From Alphaproteobacteria bacterium (GTDB taxonomy: Bacteria; Pseudomonadota; Alphaproteobacteria; JACAEB01), in NCBI GenBank assembly GCA_024236075.1, contig JACKLE010000001.1, forward strand, positions 130,440-194,439: DNA of 64,000 nucleotides, written 5' to 3'. The position numbers were made by a program, and so were the translations under genes. Positions 20,460-29,002 of the stretch are shown one piece after another. Each line of letters opens with the position of its first letter. The stretch's first letter is position 1. Under the pieces are notes generated by a model. It saw nothing but the letters and a program-made list of their open reading frames with translations. It made no database searches and was not told the origin of the DNA.

Positions 20460-21635
20460 TTGAGCGGCGCGAACCCGCCGGCCGACCGCGGCGTCCGCGC
20501 CTTCGACCTCGCGGTCGTCGGCGGCGGGATCGTCGGCATCGCCCATGCTCTTGCGGGAGCGAAGGCCGGCCTCAAGACGGTCGTCGTCGAGCGCGATCGC
20601 GCGGCGAACGGCGCCTCGATCCGCAATTTCGGCTTCGTCACGGTGACCGGGCAGGCCTTTCGCGAGGTGTGGCCGCGGGCGCGGCGCACCCGCGAGATCT
20701 GGGCGGACCTCGCTCCGCGCGCGGGCCTTGCCGTGCTCCATCGCGGCCTCGTCCTCGCCGCGCACCGGCCGGAGGCGGTCGCGGTGCTCGAGGCGTTCAT
20801 GGACGGCCCGACGGCGCATGGCTGTGAGCTCCTCCCGGGGCGGGAGGCCGCCGCGCGCTTTCCCATGCTGCGTGCCGAGCGCCTCAACGCGGCGCTTGTG
20901 AGCCCCCACGAGCTGCGCATCGAGGCGCGCGAGGCCATTCCGCGCCTGTGGGCGCACCTCGAACGCGATCTCGGCGTCGGCGTGATGCGCGGCGTTGCCG
21001 TGCACGCCGTCGCGCCCGGCCGGCTCGCGACGAGCGCAGGCGAGATTCGCGCCGAGCATATTGTCGTCGCTCCGGGACCCGACCTGCGCACGCTCTTCGG
21101 CGAGATCATGGCGCAGGCGCGCGTGAGGCTCTGCCGGCTCCACATGCTGCGCCTCGCGCCGCAGGCCTTCCGAATGCCGTCGGCCGTCATGGCGGATCTG
21201 AGCCTCGTCCGCTATGGGGGGTATACGGATCTCCCGCCCGTTCCCGCCCTGCGCGCGCGCCTCGAAGCCGAGGTGGGGGCAAGCCTCGCCCACGGCATCC
21301 ACCTCATCGCGGTGCAGAGCGCCGACGGCTCGCTCGTCGTCGGCGACAGCCACCACGACGGCGATCCGCCGAGCCCTTTTGCCGCCGACGAGGTCGACCG
21401 CCTCATCCTCGGGCATGCGCAGGAGACGCTCGCGCTTACGAGCAGCGAGGTCGTCGAGCGCTGGCTCGGCGTCTATCCGACAGCGGACGAACCCTTCCTC
21501 ATCGCCCGGCCGCACCCCACGATCCGCCTCGCGATGGTGACGTGCGGCGCGGGAATGAGCACGGCCTTCGCGCTGGGCGAGGAGGTGATCGGCGAGCTGA
21601 CGGGCAAGTCCAGGCACGCGGGAGCACCGGCATGA
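20460..21635 (+). CDS. FAD-dependent oxidoreductase of the phnX-linked (TIGR03364-like) type
   Basis: Rossmann motif DLAVVGGGIVGIAHA. TTG 20460 is preceded by GGAGGA. Its stop overlaps the phnX ATG. The ORF-track start (20373) lies inside the tRNA. Confidence 0.7.
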   Translation: MSGANPPADRGVRAFDLAVVGGGIVGIAHALAGAKAGLKTVVVERDRAANGASIRNFGFVTVTGQAFREVWPRARRTREIWADLAPRAGLAVLHRGLVLAAHRPEAVAVLEAFMDGPTAHGCELLPGREAAARFPMLRAERLNAALVSPHELRIEAREAIPRLWAHLERDLGVGVMRGVAVHAVAPGRLATSAGEIRAEHIVVAPGPDLRTLFGEIMAQARVRLCRLHMLRLAPQAFRMPSAVMADLSLVRYGGYTDLPPVPALRARLEAEVGASLAHGIHLIAVQSADGSLVVGDSHHDGDPPSPFAADEVDRLILGHAQETLALTSSEVVERWLGVYPTADEPFLIARPHPTIRLAMVTCGAGMSTAFALGEEVIGELTGKSRHAGAPA

Positions 21636-22486
21636 TCTCGGCGCCCACGCGCCACCGCTATCGCGGCCGGCTCAAGGCCGTCATTTTCGACTGGGCCGGC
21701 ACGCTCGTCGATTTCGGAAGCCTCGCTCCGATGGGGGTCTTCGTCGAGGTCTTCTCTCGCTTCGGGCTCGAGATCAGCGTCGCCGAGGCGCGGGCCTTCA
21801 TGGGCCTCGCGAAGCGCGAGCACATCGCGGCGCTCCTGAACCTGCCGCGCGTCGCGGACGAATTCCGATCCGCCTACAGACGGGCTCCGGGCGAGGCCGA
21901 CATCGACGCGATCTACCAGGTCTTCGTGCCGGCGAACGTCGCGGCGATCCCTCGCCACTGTGACGCGGTCCCCGGCGCCGCCGAGACGATCGCCTCGCTG
22001 CGCGCGCGCGGCCTCGGGATCGGCTCGACCACCGGCTACACGCGCGAGATCATGGCCGTTCTGGCGCCGCTCGCGGCGAAGCAGGGGGTGAGGGTCGACG
22101 CCATGGTGTGCGCCGGCGACGTCCCCTGGGGACGGCCGACGCCCGCCATGATGTACAAATGCTTCCTCGATCTCGGCGTCTGGCCGGCGGCGGCCTGCGT
22201 GAAGGTCGACGACACGCCTGCGGGGATCGGCGAGGGCGTCGCTGCCGGGGCCTGGACGGTCGGGGTCTGCGTCAGCGGCAACGCCTTCGGGCGCTCGCTC
22301 GCCGAGACGACGTCCATGAGCCCGGCCGAGTTCGCCGAGTCCCGCGCGGCGGCGGCCGCGAGCCTTGCCGGGGCGGGCGCCCACATCGTGATCGACACCG
22401 TGGCGGACCTTCTTCCCGCGCTCGCGCGCGTGGAAGCCCGCCTTGCCACGGGCGCGGCTCCCGACGACGGGCCGTGCGGCGACTGA
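21632..22486 (+). CDS. phnX: Phosphonoacetaldehyde hydrolase (phosphonatase)
   Basis: HAD motif I ..AVIFDWAGTLVDFGS.. plus ..GLAKREHI.. (Schiff-base Lys region), ..TTGYTREIM.., ..KVDDTPAGIGEG.. typical of PhnX. Confidence 0.85.
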   Translation: MISAPTRHRYRGRLKAVIFDWAGTLVDFGSLAPMGVFVEVFSRFGLEISVAEARAFMGLAKREHIAALLNLPRVADEFRSAYRRAPGEADIDAIYQVFVPANVAAIPRHCDAVPGAAETIASLRARGLGIGSTTGYTREIMAVLAPLAAKQGVRVDAMVCAGDVPWGRPTPAMMYKCFLDLGVWPAAACVKVDDTPAGIGEGVAAGAWTVGVCVSGNAFGRSLAETTSMSPAEFAESRAAAAASLAGAGAHIVIDTVADLLPALARVEARLATGAAPDDGPCGD

Positions 22487-22520
22487 GGGCGTCGTCCCGG
22501 CGGCGTGGGACGCGAAAGGC

Positions 22521-22892
22521 CTAATGCGGCTTTCCCGCCGAGGCCCAGGCGCGGGCGGCCTCGCGGTCGGAGCGGCCGAAATAGCGGATGTCTGCGCGGA
22601 AGAACGGCGCGAAGAGCTTGATCGCCCATTCCTCCCAGGCCTTGTCGCCAACCACGGCGACGCGCTCGAAGTCTCTCCGGTGCGCCAGGCCGAATTCGAG
22701 ATCGCGCCAGAGCGCGTCGCAGTTCCAGCCCGCAAAGTCGGGCGCGAGCTCGATGAGCATCGGGACGCGGCCCCGCATGCGCGCCATCATGCGCTCGAAC
22801 TCGGGGACGAAGCTTTCGTAGTCGGCGCCCGTGAGCCGGCCATGAACCGCGACCCGAACGAGGCCGTCATCGCCCGTAGAGATGTGAAACAT
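22521..22892 (-). CDS. SpoIIAA/STAS-like small protein (DUF3478-type)
   Basis: 123 aa: MFHISTGDDGLVRVAVHGRLTGADYESFVPEFERMM..FERVAVVGDKAWEEW... SD GAGGAGAGG lies before ATG 22892. Confidence 0.6.
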   Translation of the reverse strand: MFHISTGDDGLVRVAVHGRLTGADYESFVPEFERMMARMRGRVPMLIELAPDFAGWNCDALWRDLEFGLAHRRDFERVAVVGDKAWEEWAIKLFAPFFRADIRYFGRSDREAARAWASAGKPH

Positions 22893-22935
22893 GCGCCTCT
22901 CCTCGCGCAGCGCCCAGCCGTCGACCTGCGCCAAC

Positions 22936-22961
22936 AACGCGCGAAGCGGGCTCGGGGTTCC
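22936..22961 (-). promoter_or_regulatory. Candidate EcfG-type (general stress ECF sigma) promoter
   Basis: The minus strand reads GGAAC-N17-CGTT exactly (GGAAC 22961-22957, CGTT 22939-22936). It ends 44 nt upstream of the STAS-like start. Confidence 0.45.
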
Positions 22962-22987
22962 GCGCGGGATGCGTCCCAAAACGGAAA

Positions 22988-23011
22988 GGCCCGCATCGGG
23001 CGATGCGGGCC
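22988..23011 (-). terminator. Intrinsic terminator after the 427-aa orphan gene
   Basis: GGCCCGCATC-GGGC-GATGCGGGCC, a perfect 10-bp stem flanked by AAA/TTT. It begins 26 nt downstream of the stop at 23037. Confidence 0.55.
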
Positions 23012-23036
23012 TTTGCGACAGGATCGGACGCGCGAG

Positions 23037-24320
23037 CTATTCCTGGTCTTCCGTCGGCAAGACGATGGAAAGGCTTTCGCCGCGCCGGCGCGAATAATCA
23101 AAGTCGAGGTCGAGGCTGAGGTCGGCGAAGACCTTGACCCAGGTCGACTTGTCCTCCGCGACCGGCACCTCGTCGAGGTGGTATTCGCGATAGACGAGGT
23201 CGCCGTCGGCATTGGTGCGCCGGGCATAGTCCTCGACGAGGCCCTGCTCGCGATACATCACCACTTCCTGGCCCACGGGTCCGCCGAGATCGACGCTGCC
23301 GAAGCCAACAGAAGCGCCCCGCAGCTTGTTGAACATGCCGTCGGCTTCGGGAGCCGAGCCCTCGAGGCAGATCACCTTCACGCGATTGGCTTTCTTCGTC
23401 GGGTCCGAGGCGTTGAAGAGGACCATGTACGAGTTCCAGTCCTTCGCGATGAGATAGCCCGAATAGGTCTCCGCGAAATATTTGCCCGTGGTCGGATTGG
23501 TCCAGCCCTGGAAGAGCTTCACCGAGGCCGGCACCGCGCTCTTCTCGCGGCGAATCTCGAGGAAGCCGCGCAAGAGATAAGGCTGGTTGAAGCTGTAGAC
23601 CTGGTAGTGGGCGACCGCCTCTTTCTCGGCAGGTTCGGGGAGCTTGTTGCCGAGCTTCGCCGACAGGGCGTGGAAGATCATCTCGCCGCCCTGGACGTCG
23701 GCCCACTCGCTGACCGGATAGGGGAAGCGGGAGAGGCCCGACCGGTCGAGATAGTCGGCGAGGCCGCGCACCTGGATCGGCTCGAGCTTCTCATACATGA
23801 GGCCGGGTGCCGAGCGACGCGCCACGGCCTTGAGCAGCTCGACTTGTCCGTCGCGGAAATGCAGCGCGCTGAAGCGGCGCCGGGCGGCGACGTGCTTTTC
23901 CTGCAGCCGCGTCAGCTTCTCTTCGCTCTCTTCGCGCTTGGCGAGATCGCCGTCCTTGATCGCGTCGGTGCGCGTCTTGCGGGCCTTCTCGATGTCGGAG
24001 ACGAGCTTGGCGAGGTCGTCGCGCTGGAAGCGCTCGTAATTGATCAGGATCTGGTCGGCCTGGACGTAGCCGGCCTGGCGGATGGCCGGCAGCGCCCTGA
24101 TGAGCGCGCGCGCCGCCGCTTCCGTGTCGGCGTCGAGCTTGCCCTTCACGATCGCGCGGGGATGGAAGCTGTAGTGACCGATCTCGAGCGCCGAGCCGGG
24201 CTTGGGCACTTGCGGCGCGCGGCCGAAGAAGGTGGGCCAGCGCCAGGCGATCGGCGCGAGAAAGCGGCGCGGCTCGTCCTGCCGGCGATCGTCGAAGCGT
24301 TGCATGATCCCGTTGCTCAT
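23037..24320 (-). CDS. Hypothetical protein, 427 aa, no family recognised
   Basis: ATG 24320. Natural-looking composition (K, F, Y, W, N present) unlike the R/A/G-rich antisense ORF 22443-24629. Central charged helical stretch (..DIEKARKTRTDAIKDGDLAKREESEEKLTRLQEKH..). No signal peptide or TM segment. Confidence 0.65.
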   Translation of the reverse strand: MSNGIMQRFDDRRQDEPRRFLAPIAWRWPTFFGRAPQVPKPGSALEIGHYSFHPRAIVKGKLDADTEAAARALIRALPAIRQAGYVQADQILINYERFQRDDLAKLVSDIEKARKTRTDAIKDGDLAKREESEEKLTRLQEKHVAARRRFSALHFRDGQVELLKAVARRSAPGLMYEKLEPIQVRGLADYLDRSGLSRFPYPVSEWADVQGGEMIFHALSAKLGNKLPEPAEKEAVAHYQVYSFNQPYLLRGFLEIRREKSAVPASVKLFQGWTNPTTGKYFAETYSGYLIAKDWNSYMVLFNASDPTKKANRVKVICLEGSAPEADGMFNKLRGASVGFGSVDLGGPVGQEVVMYREQGLVEDYARRTNADGDLVYREYHLDEVPVAEDKSTWVKVFADLSLDLDFDYSRRRGESLSIVLPTEDQE

Positions 24321-24683
24321 GGCGGTCGGTACCTCGTTCTAGGTCCCTTCAAACATTCAATCCGGCGCGCCCGTAGGGCGAAGCCGAAACCCCATCGCGG
24401 CCGCGCCCGGGGTCCCGGGCAGGTCGCGGCAGAGAGCCGCGGGGAGGGATGGCCAGAACAACGCACGGGCCCCCCGGTCCGCAGCGCACTCGCAGGCGGC
24501 GCTCGCGAAGACGTTTCCGCCTCTTGTGTCCCATCGCCCGGCGCGGGGCAGGATGGCGTGCGGTCTCGCGATCAGCGCCTGCGGCGCGGCCGAAGACACC
24601 CGACCGCGCCGAATTGGTTAAAAGCTTAACACAGGGTTTTCGGGCCGACGAGTCCCATCGAAGGTCGGCGCCAGGGAAGCGGA

Positions 24684-26213
24684 CTACTCGTCCTCGGGGG
24701 CCGGCGCCGCTTCCGTCGCAAGCTCGACATTGTAGCCCCAGAGCCGCTCCACATGGCGCAAGACCTGGATCTTCATGCCCTCGTGGAGCGGCCGGCCGCG
24801 ATTGGGCAGATGCTTCAGGCGCAAGGTCCGGTCGCCTTTGAGGTCGGCCGCGACGACCTGGATGTTGGGCTCGATCTGGCCGAGATCGTATTGCGTGGCG
24901 AGCGCGTCGCGCACGTCCCGGTAGCCCTGCTCGTTGTGGATCGCCGAGACGCGGTAGACCGGCTCGTTCTCCTCGTCGTGCAGCGCGAAGAACCGGAAAT
25001 CCCGGATGACCTTCGGGCTGAGATATTGCTGGATGAAGCTCTCGTCGCGGAAGTTCGCCCAGGCCTCCTTGAGCGCGCCGCGCCAGTCCTGCGAGCCGGC
25101 GAGGTCCGGGAACCAGTCGCGGTCCTCGTCGGTCGGCTCGGTGCAGATGCGACGGATGTCGGTCATCATCGCGAAGCCGAGCGCGTAGGGGTTGATTCCC
25201 GAATAGCGCGGATCGTCGAAGCCCGGCTGGAAGACGACGCTCGTATGGCTGTGCAGGAACTCGAGCAGCGAGCCCTCGTTGATGAGCCCCTGCTCGAAGA
25301 GCGCATGCATGATGTAGTGGTGCACGAAGGTCGCGCAGCCCTCGTTCATGACCTTCGTCTGCTTCTGGGGATAGAAGTACTGCGCGATATTCCTCACGAT
25401 ACGGAGGATCTCGCGCTGCCACGGCCGCAAGGTCGGCGAGACCTTCTCCAGAAAGTAGAGGATGTTCTCCTCGGGCAGGCCCGGCATGCGGGCCTCTTCT
25501 TCCCAGTCGTCATCCCCGCCCGAGCGGTCGTCGGCGCGCCCCTCGCTCTTGGGGAGCGTGCGCCAGAGATCGGAAAAGCGCTCGGCCTCGTATTCGAGGC
25601 GCTTGCGGACGCGCTCGGTCTGCGCCTCGCGCGAGAGGCGCGGAGGCCTCTTGTAGCGGAAGACGCCCTGGTCCATCAGCGCATGGGCCGAGTCGAGAAT
25701 CTCCTCGACCGCTTCGTGGCCGTAGCTCTCCTCGCATTTGGCGATATAGAGCTTGGCGAAGTTCAGATAGTCGAGGATGCCCTCGGCATCCGTCCACTGA
25801 CGGAACAGATAGTTGTTCTTGAAGAAGTGGTTGTGGCCGAAGGCGGCGTGCGCTGTGACGAGCGCCTGCATGGTCGTCGTGTTCTCCTCCATCAGGAAGG
25901 AGATGCACGGGTTCGCGTTGATGACGATCTCGTAGGCGAGGGCGGAATAGCCCTTGCGGTACATTGTCTCCTCGCGCGCGAAGATCTTGCCGAACGACCA
26001 GTGCTGGTACATGAGCGGCATGCCGTGCGCGGAATAGGCGTCGAGCATCTGCTCGGATGAAATGACCTCGATCTGGTTCGGATAGACGTCGAGCTTCAGG
26101 TCCTCGAGCGCGACCTTCTCGATGGCGTCGTAGACGCGCGAGAGCGTCGGAAAGTCCCAGTCGGCATCCTCGAAGAGGAGCTTCGTCGCCGGCTTGTCCG
26201 AGGAGAGGCTCAT
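24684..26213 (-). CDS. SpoVR/YcgB family protein
   Basis: 509 aa. ..MPLMYQHWSFGK..YEIVINANPCISFLMEENT..AHAAFGHNHFFKNN.. are SpoVR hallmarks. Confidence 0.9.
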   Translation of the reverse strand: MSLSSDKPATKLLFEDADWDFPTLSRVYDAIEKVALEDLKLDVYPNQIEVISSEQMLDAYSAHGMPLMYQHWSFGKIFAREETMYRKGYSALAYEIVINANPCISFLMEENTTTMQALVTAHAAFGHNHFFKNNYLFRQWTDAEGILDYLNFAKLYIAKCEESYGHEAVEEILDSAHALMDQGVFRYKRPPRLSREAQTERVRKRLEYEAERFSDLWRTLPKSEGRADDRSGGDDDWEEEARMPGLPEENILYFLEKVSPTLRPWQREILRIVRNIAQYFYPQKQTKVMNEGCATFVHHYIMHALFEQGLINEGSLLEFLHSHTSVVFQPGFDDPRYSGINPYALGFAMMTDIRRICTEPTDEDRDWFPDLAGSQDWRGALKEAWANFRDESFIQQYLSPKVIRDFRFFALHDEENEPVYRVSAIHNEQGYRDVRDALATQYDLGQIEPNIQVVAADLKGDRTLRLKHLPNRGRPLHEGMKIQVLRHVERLWGYNVELATEAAPAPEDE

Positions 26214-27133
26214 GACGCGGCACCTTCGATGAGGAGGCGGAGGAGGGCGGGGACGAGGCTGCGGCCCGCAAGGCGCGTCTCGCTATGGCCGAGACCGGGC
26301 AGCACCGCGTAGGGCGCGCCGGGAAGGATCGCCGAGCGCACGGCGACGAGGCCGTCATTGGCGCCCGCATCCTCCGCGATCCAGGCGCGAGACGGCAGGC
26401 GCGCGAAGGCGGAGGCGTCGCCGGCCGCGACCGTGCTCGCCACCGAGAAGGCGGCCATGCGCTCGAGGATCGCCGTTACGCCGTGGCCGTGAGCGGCGAA
26501 ATAGGCCGCGCGCGTGGCGGTCGCGCAGTCGACGAGGGCCTCGCCCGACCCCGCGAGAAGCGCGAGGGCCGCTCGCGCGAGCGGCGCGGCCGGGTGCGCG
26601 AGGAGGGCATCGGCGAGCGGCGAGCCGTGGACCGGCGACTGCACCGTCGCGAGCCCCAGGACCTTTTCGCGCAGGGCCGATGGGGCGCGGCGCAGCGCCT
26701 CGAGCGAGTCGAGGCCTCCCTTCGAAAAGGCGACAAGGAGGAGCGGCCCGGGCGCCGCGGCGATCTCCTGCAGGAGGCGCTCCGCATTCGCCGCAACGGG
26801 CGCGCTCGACGAGAGCCGCGCGGGATGCGCGCGAATGCCATGGCGGGCGAGAAGCCGCGCCTCATCTGCGAGCGCGCCGAGCCCGATCCGGGCCCCGAGG
26901 CCGCCGAGAAGCGCCGGAACGAGCAGGACGCCGCCCTTTGAGCCGAGCCGCGCGACCACCGGGGCAAGGAGCCTGCCATCGCCACCCGGGTCGTCGAGAA
27001 GTCGAAGGAGCCGCGCCGTGGCGTTGCGCTCCGGGTCGGGGATGGGCGCGAGGATCGACGTCGCCGGCGCAGGCTCGCGCCAGAACGGTCCGGCGACCCT
27101 CAGCCCGCCGACAAGAAATGCGCTGCCCGCCAT
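26210..27133 (-). CDS. Alpha/beta-hydrolase-like protein (uncharacterised)
   Basis: Nucleophile-elbow-like A-F-S-K-G (..LLLVAFSKGGLD..) plus later ..NDGLV.. and ..GLGHSE.., a possible Ser-Asp-His triad. SD GGAAAGAGG. The stop overlaps the spoVR ATG (ATGA). Confidence 0.5.
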   Translation of the reverse strand: MAGSAFLVGGLRVAGPFWREPAPATSILAPIPDPERNATARLLRLLDDPGGDGRLLAPVVARLGSKGGVLLVPALLGGLGARIGLGALADEARLLARHGIRAHPARLSSSAPVAANAERLLQEIAAAPGPLLLVAFSKGGLDSLEALRRAPSALREKVLGLATVQSPVHGSPLADALLAHPAAPLARAALALLAGSGEALVDCATATRAAYFAAHGHGVTAILERMAAFSVASTVAAGDASAFARLPSRAWIAEDAGANDGLVAVRSAILPGAPYAVLPGLGHSETRLAGRSLVPALLRLLIEGAAS

Positions 27134-27185
27134 CACGCCTCTTTCCGCCCCGAAGCGACGAGCGCCCCGAGTCTCGATCTTGATC

Positions 27186-27482
27186 TTAGAGCGTTTTCAA
27201 GATGTGAAAACCCGCAGGCGGCACGGCGTCGCCATCCTCCAGGATCGTCAGCGAGCCGACATGCGCGGCCGGCGGCCCCATGCGCGCCCGCACGAGCATG
27301 GCCTCGACCGCGGCGGGGGCTCCGTGAAACAGGGCTTCGACCGTGCGGTCATGGCAGTTCGTGACCCAGCCTGAAAGCCCGAGCTTGCGGGCATTGTCCT
27401 GGATATAGGCCCTGAGGCCGACGCCCTGGACGTGGCCCGCGATGCGGACATGGACGGTCCGTTCGATCTGGGTGGTGCTCAT
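27186..27482 (-). CDS. acyP: Acylphosphatase
   Basis: 98 aa with ..VRIAGHVQGVGLRAY.. and ..GWVTN..D.TVEA.. canonical acylphosphatase motifs. Strong SD GGAGGAG. Confidence 0.85.
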   Translation of the reverse strand: MSTTQIERTVHVRIAGHVQGVGLRAYIQDNARKLGLSGWVTNCHDRTVEALFHGAPAAVEAMLVRARMGPPAAHVGSLTILEDGDAVPPAGFHILKTL

Positions 27483-27565
27483 CGCTCCTCCGCGGCTCGC
27501 ATGCGCCCTCCCTCCTTAAGAATATAGGGCGCGAACGCGGGCCTGCAGGGGGAAAACGGGATCGC

Positions 27566-28882
27566 TCAGCGCTCGGCGCTCTCCTTCGAGAAGAGCTCGT
27601 GGAAGACCGGGAAGATGTCCTGGGGCCGCGCGATGCGCTTGGTGGCGAAATTGGGCCAGCGCTTGTGCACGAGGCGATAGGCCCGCCAGAGCTCGGCGCC
27701 CGTCTCCTCGTCGGCGAAGACCTCCATCTCGCGCTCGTCGAGGATCTCGATATAGGCGTAGTACTGACAGAGAGGCATGATCTTCGCCTGCAGAAGATCG
27801 ACGCAGTGGGCGGCGTCGCCCGACTGGGTGTAGCCGTCGGAGGCCTGGGCGACGTAGACGTTCCATTCCTCGGTCGCGTAGCGGTCGTGCCAGATCTTCA
27901 GCATCTCCTCGAGCGCGGTCGAGACGATCGTGCCGCCCGACTGGCGCGAATAGAAGAAGGTCTCCTCGTCCACCTCCTGCGCCTCGTGGGTGTGCCGTAT
28001 GAAGACGATCGACACCTTCTCGTAGCGCCGCTTGAGGAAGAGGTGCAGCAGCATGAAGAAGCGCTTGGCAAGGTCCTTCTCGCGCTCGCCCATGGAGCCC
28101 GAGACGTCCATGAGGCAGAACATCACCGCCTGGCTCGTGGCGACGGGGCTCGCCTGAAAGGCGTTGTAGCGCACGTCGAGAGGATCGAGATAGGGAATCC
28201 ATTTGCGCTTGCGCTCGAGCTCCTCAAGTTCGGCGACGACGCGCACGATCTCTTCGCGATCCGCCTCGCTCGGATCGTGCTTTGCCTCGAGCGCGAAAAG
28301 CCGCGCCTTTAGCTCGGCGATCTCGTCCGCGCTCGGACGTTTCAGCGCGAGGCGCCGCCCGTACGAATTCCGCATCGTGCGCACGAGATTGAGGTTCGTC
28401 GGGGAGCCCGCGACGGTGAAGCCGGCGCGCCGCCAGGCGAAGGTCTTGATCTCCTTGAGCTGCGTCTTGACGAGGTTCGGCAGCTCGAGATCGTCGAAGA
28501 AGATGTCGAGGATCTCGTCCTCGCTCAGCGTGAACTGGAAGTCGTCCTCGCCTTCGCCCGATTGCGAGGCCTGCTTGCCGCCGCCGCCCTGGCCCGAGCG
28601 CGGCTTGCGGATTTCGTCTCCCGGCACGAAGTCGCTGTTGCCGGGCACCACGTGCTCGCGCGTGCCGCCGGACTGGGAATGCACGAAGCGCGGCTCGCGC
28701 GTGCCCTTCGAGTCGATGGAGATCTGGTGTTCCTTGCCGACGTCCGAGACGTTGCGGTCCTTGAGGGACTTCTGGACGGCGTCCTTGATCTGGGCGCGGG
28801 CGCGGCGGAGGAAGCGCTGACGGTTGGCGAGGCTCTTGCCCTTGGGGTTCAGCCGTCGGTCGATGAAGTGGTGCGTCGACAT
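27566..28882 (-). CDS. yeaH: YeaH/DUF444 (UPF0229) protein
   Basis: 438 aa. N-terminus ..FIDRRLNPKGKSLANRQRF.. and C-terminal vWA-like ..FCLMDVSGSM.. are typical of the prkA-linked DUF444 family. Confidence 0.9.
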   Translation of the reverse strand: MSTHHFIDRRLNPKGKSLANRQRFLRRARAQIKDAVQKSLKDRNVSDVGKEHQISIDSKGTREPRFVHSQSGGTREHVVPGNSDFVPGDEIRKPRSGQGGGGKQASQSGEGEDDFQFTLSEDEILDIFFDDLELPNLVKTQLKEIKTFAWRRAGFTVAGSPTNLNLVRTMRNSYGRRLALKRPSADEIAELKARLFALEAKHDPSEADREEIVRVVAELEELERKRKWIPYLDPLDVRYNAFQASPVATSQAVMFCLMDVSGSMGEREKDLAKRFFMLLHLFLKRRYEKVSIVFIRHTHEAQEVDEETFFYSRQSGGTIVSTALEEMLKIWHDRYATEEWNVYVAQASDGYTQSGDAAHCVDLLQAKIMPLCQYYAYIEILDEREMEVFADEETGAELWRAYRLVHKRWPNFATKRIARPQDIFPVFHELFSKESAER

Positions 28883-29002
28883 GGGGCGATGGGCTCAACC
28901 AGCAGCGATAGCGAGCGGGGACCGGCGCATGAGGGCCGGCGAGAGCTCGTGGGGAGATGCGCCCTTTTCGCTATCCGCCACGCGCCGATCGCCAATTCCC
29001 GC

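Noticed and set aside
27479-27502. Seven-codon mini-ORF (MRAAEER) behind AAGGAGGGAGGG, whose TGA overlaps the acylphosphatase ATG.
   Set aside because: It is most simply explained by tandem purine-rich SD-like sequence in front of acyP. It is too short to support as a gene.
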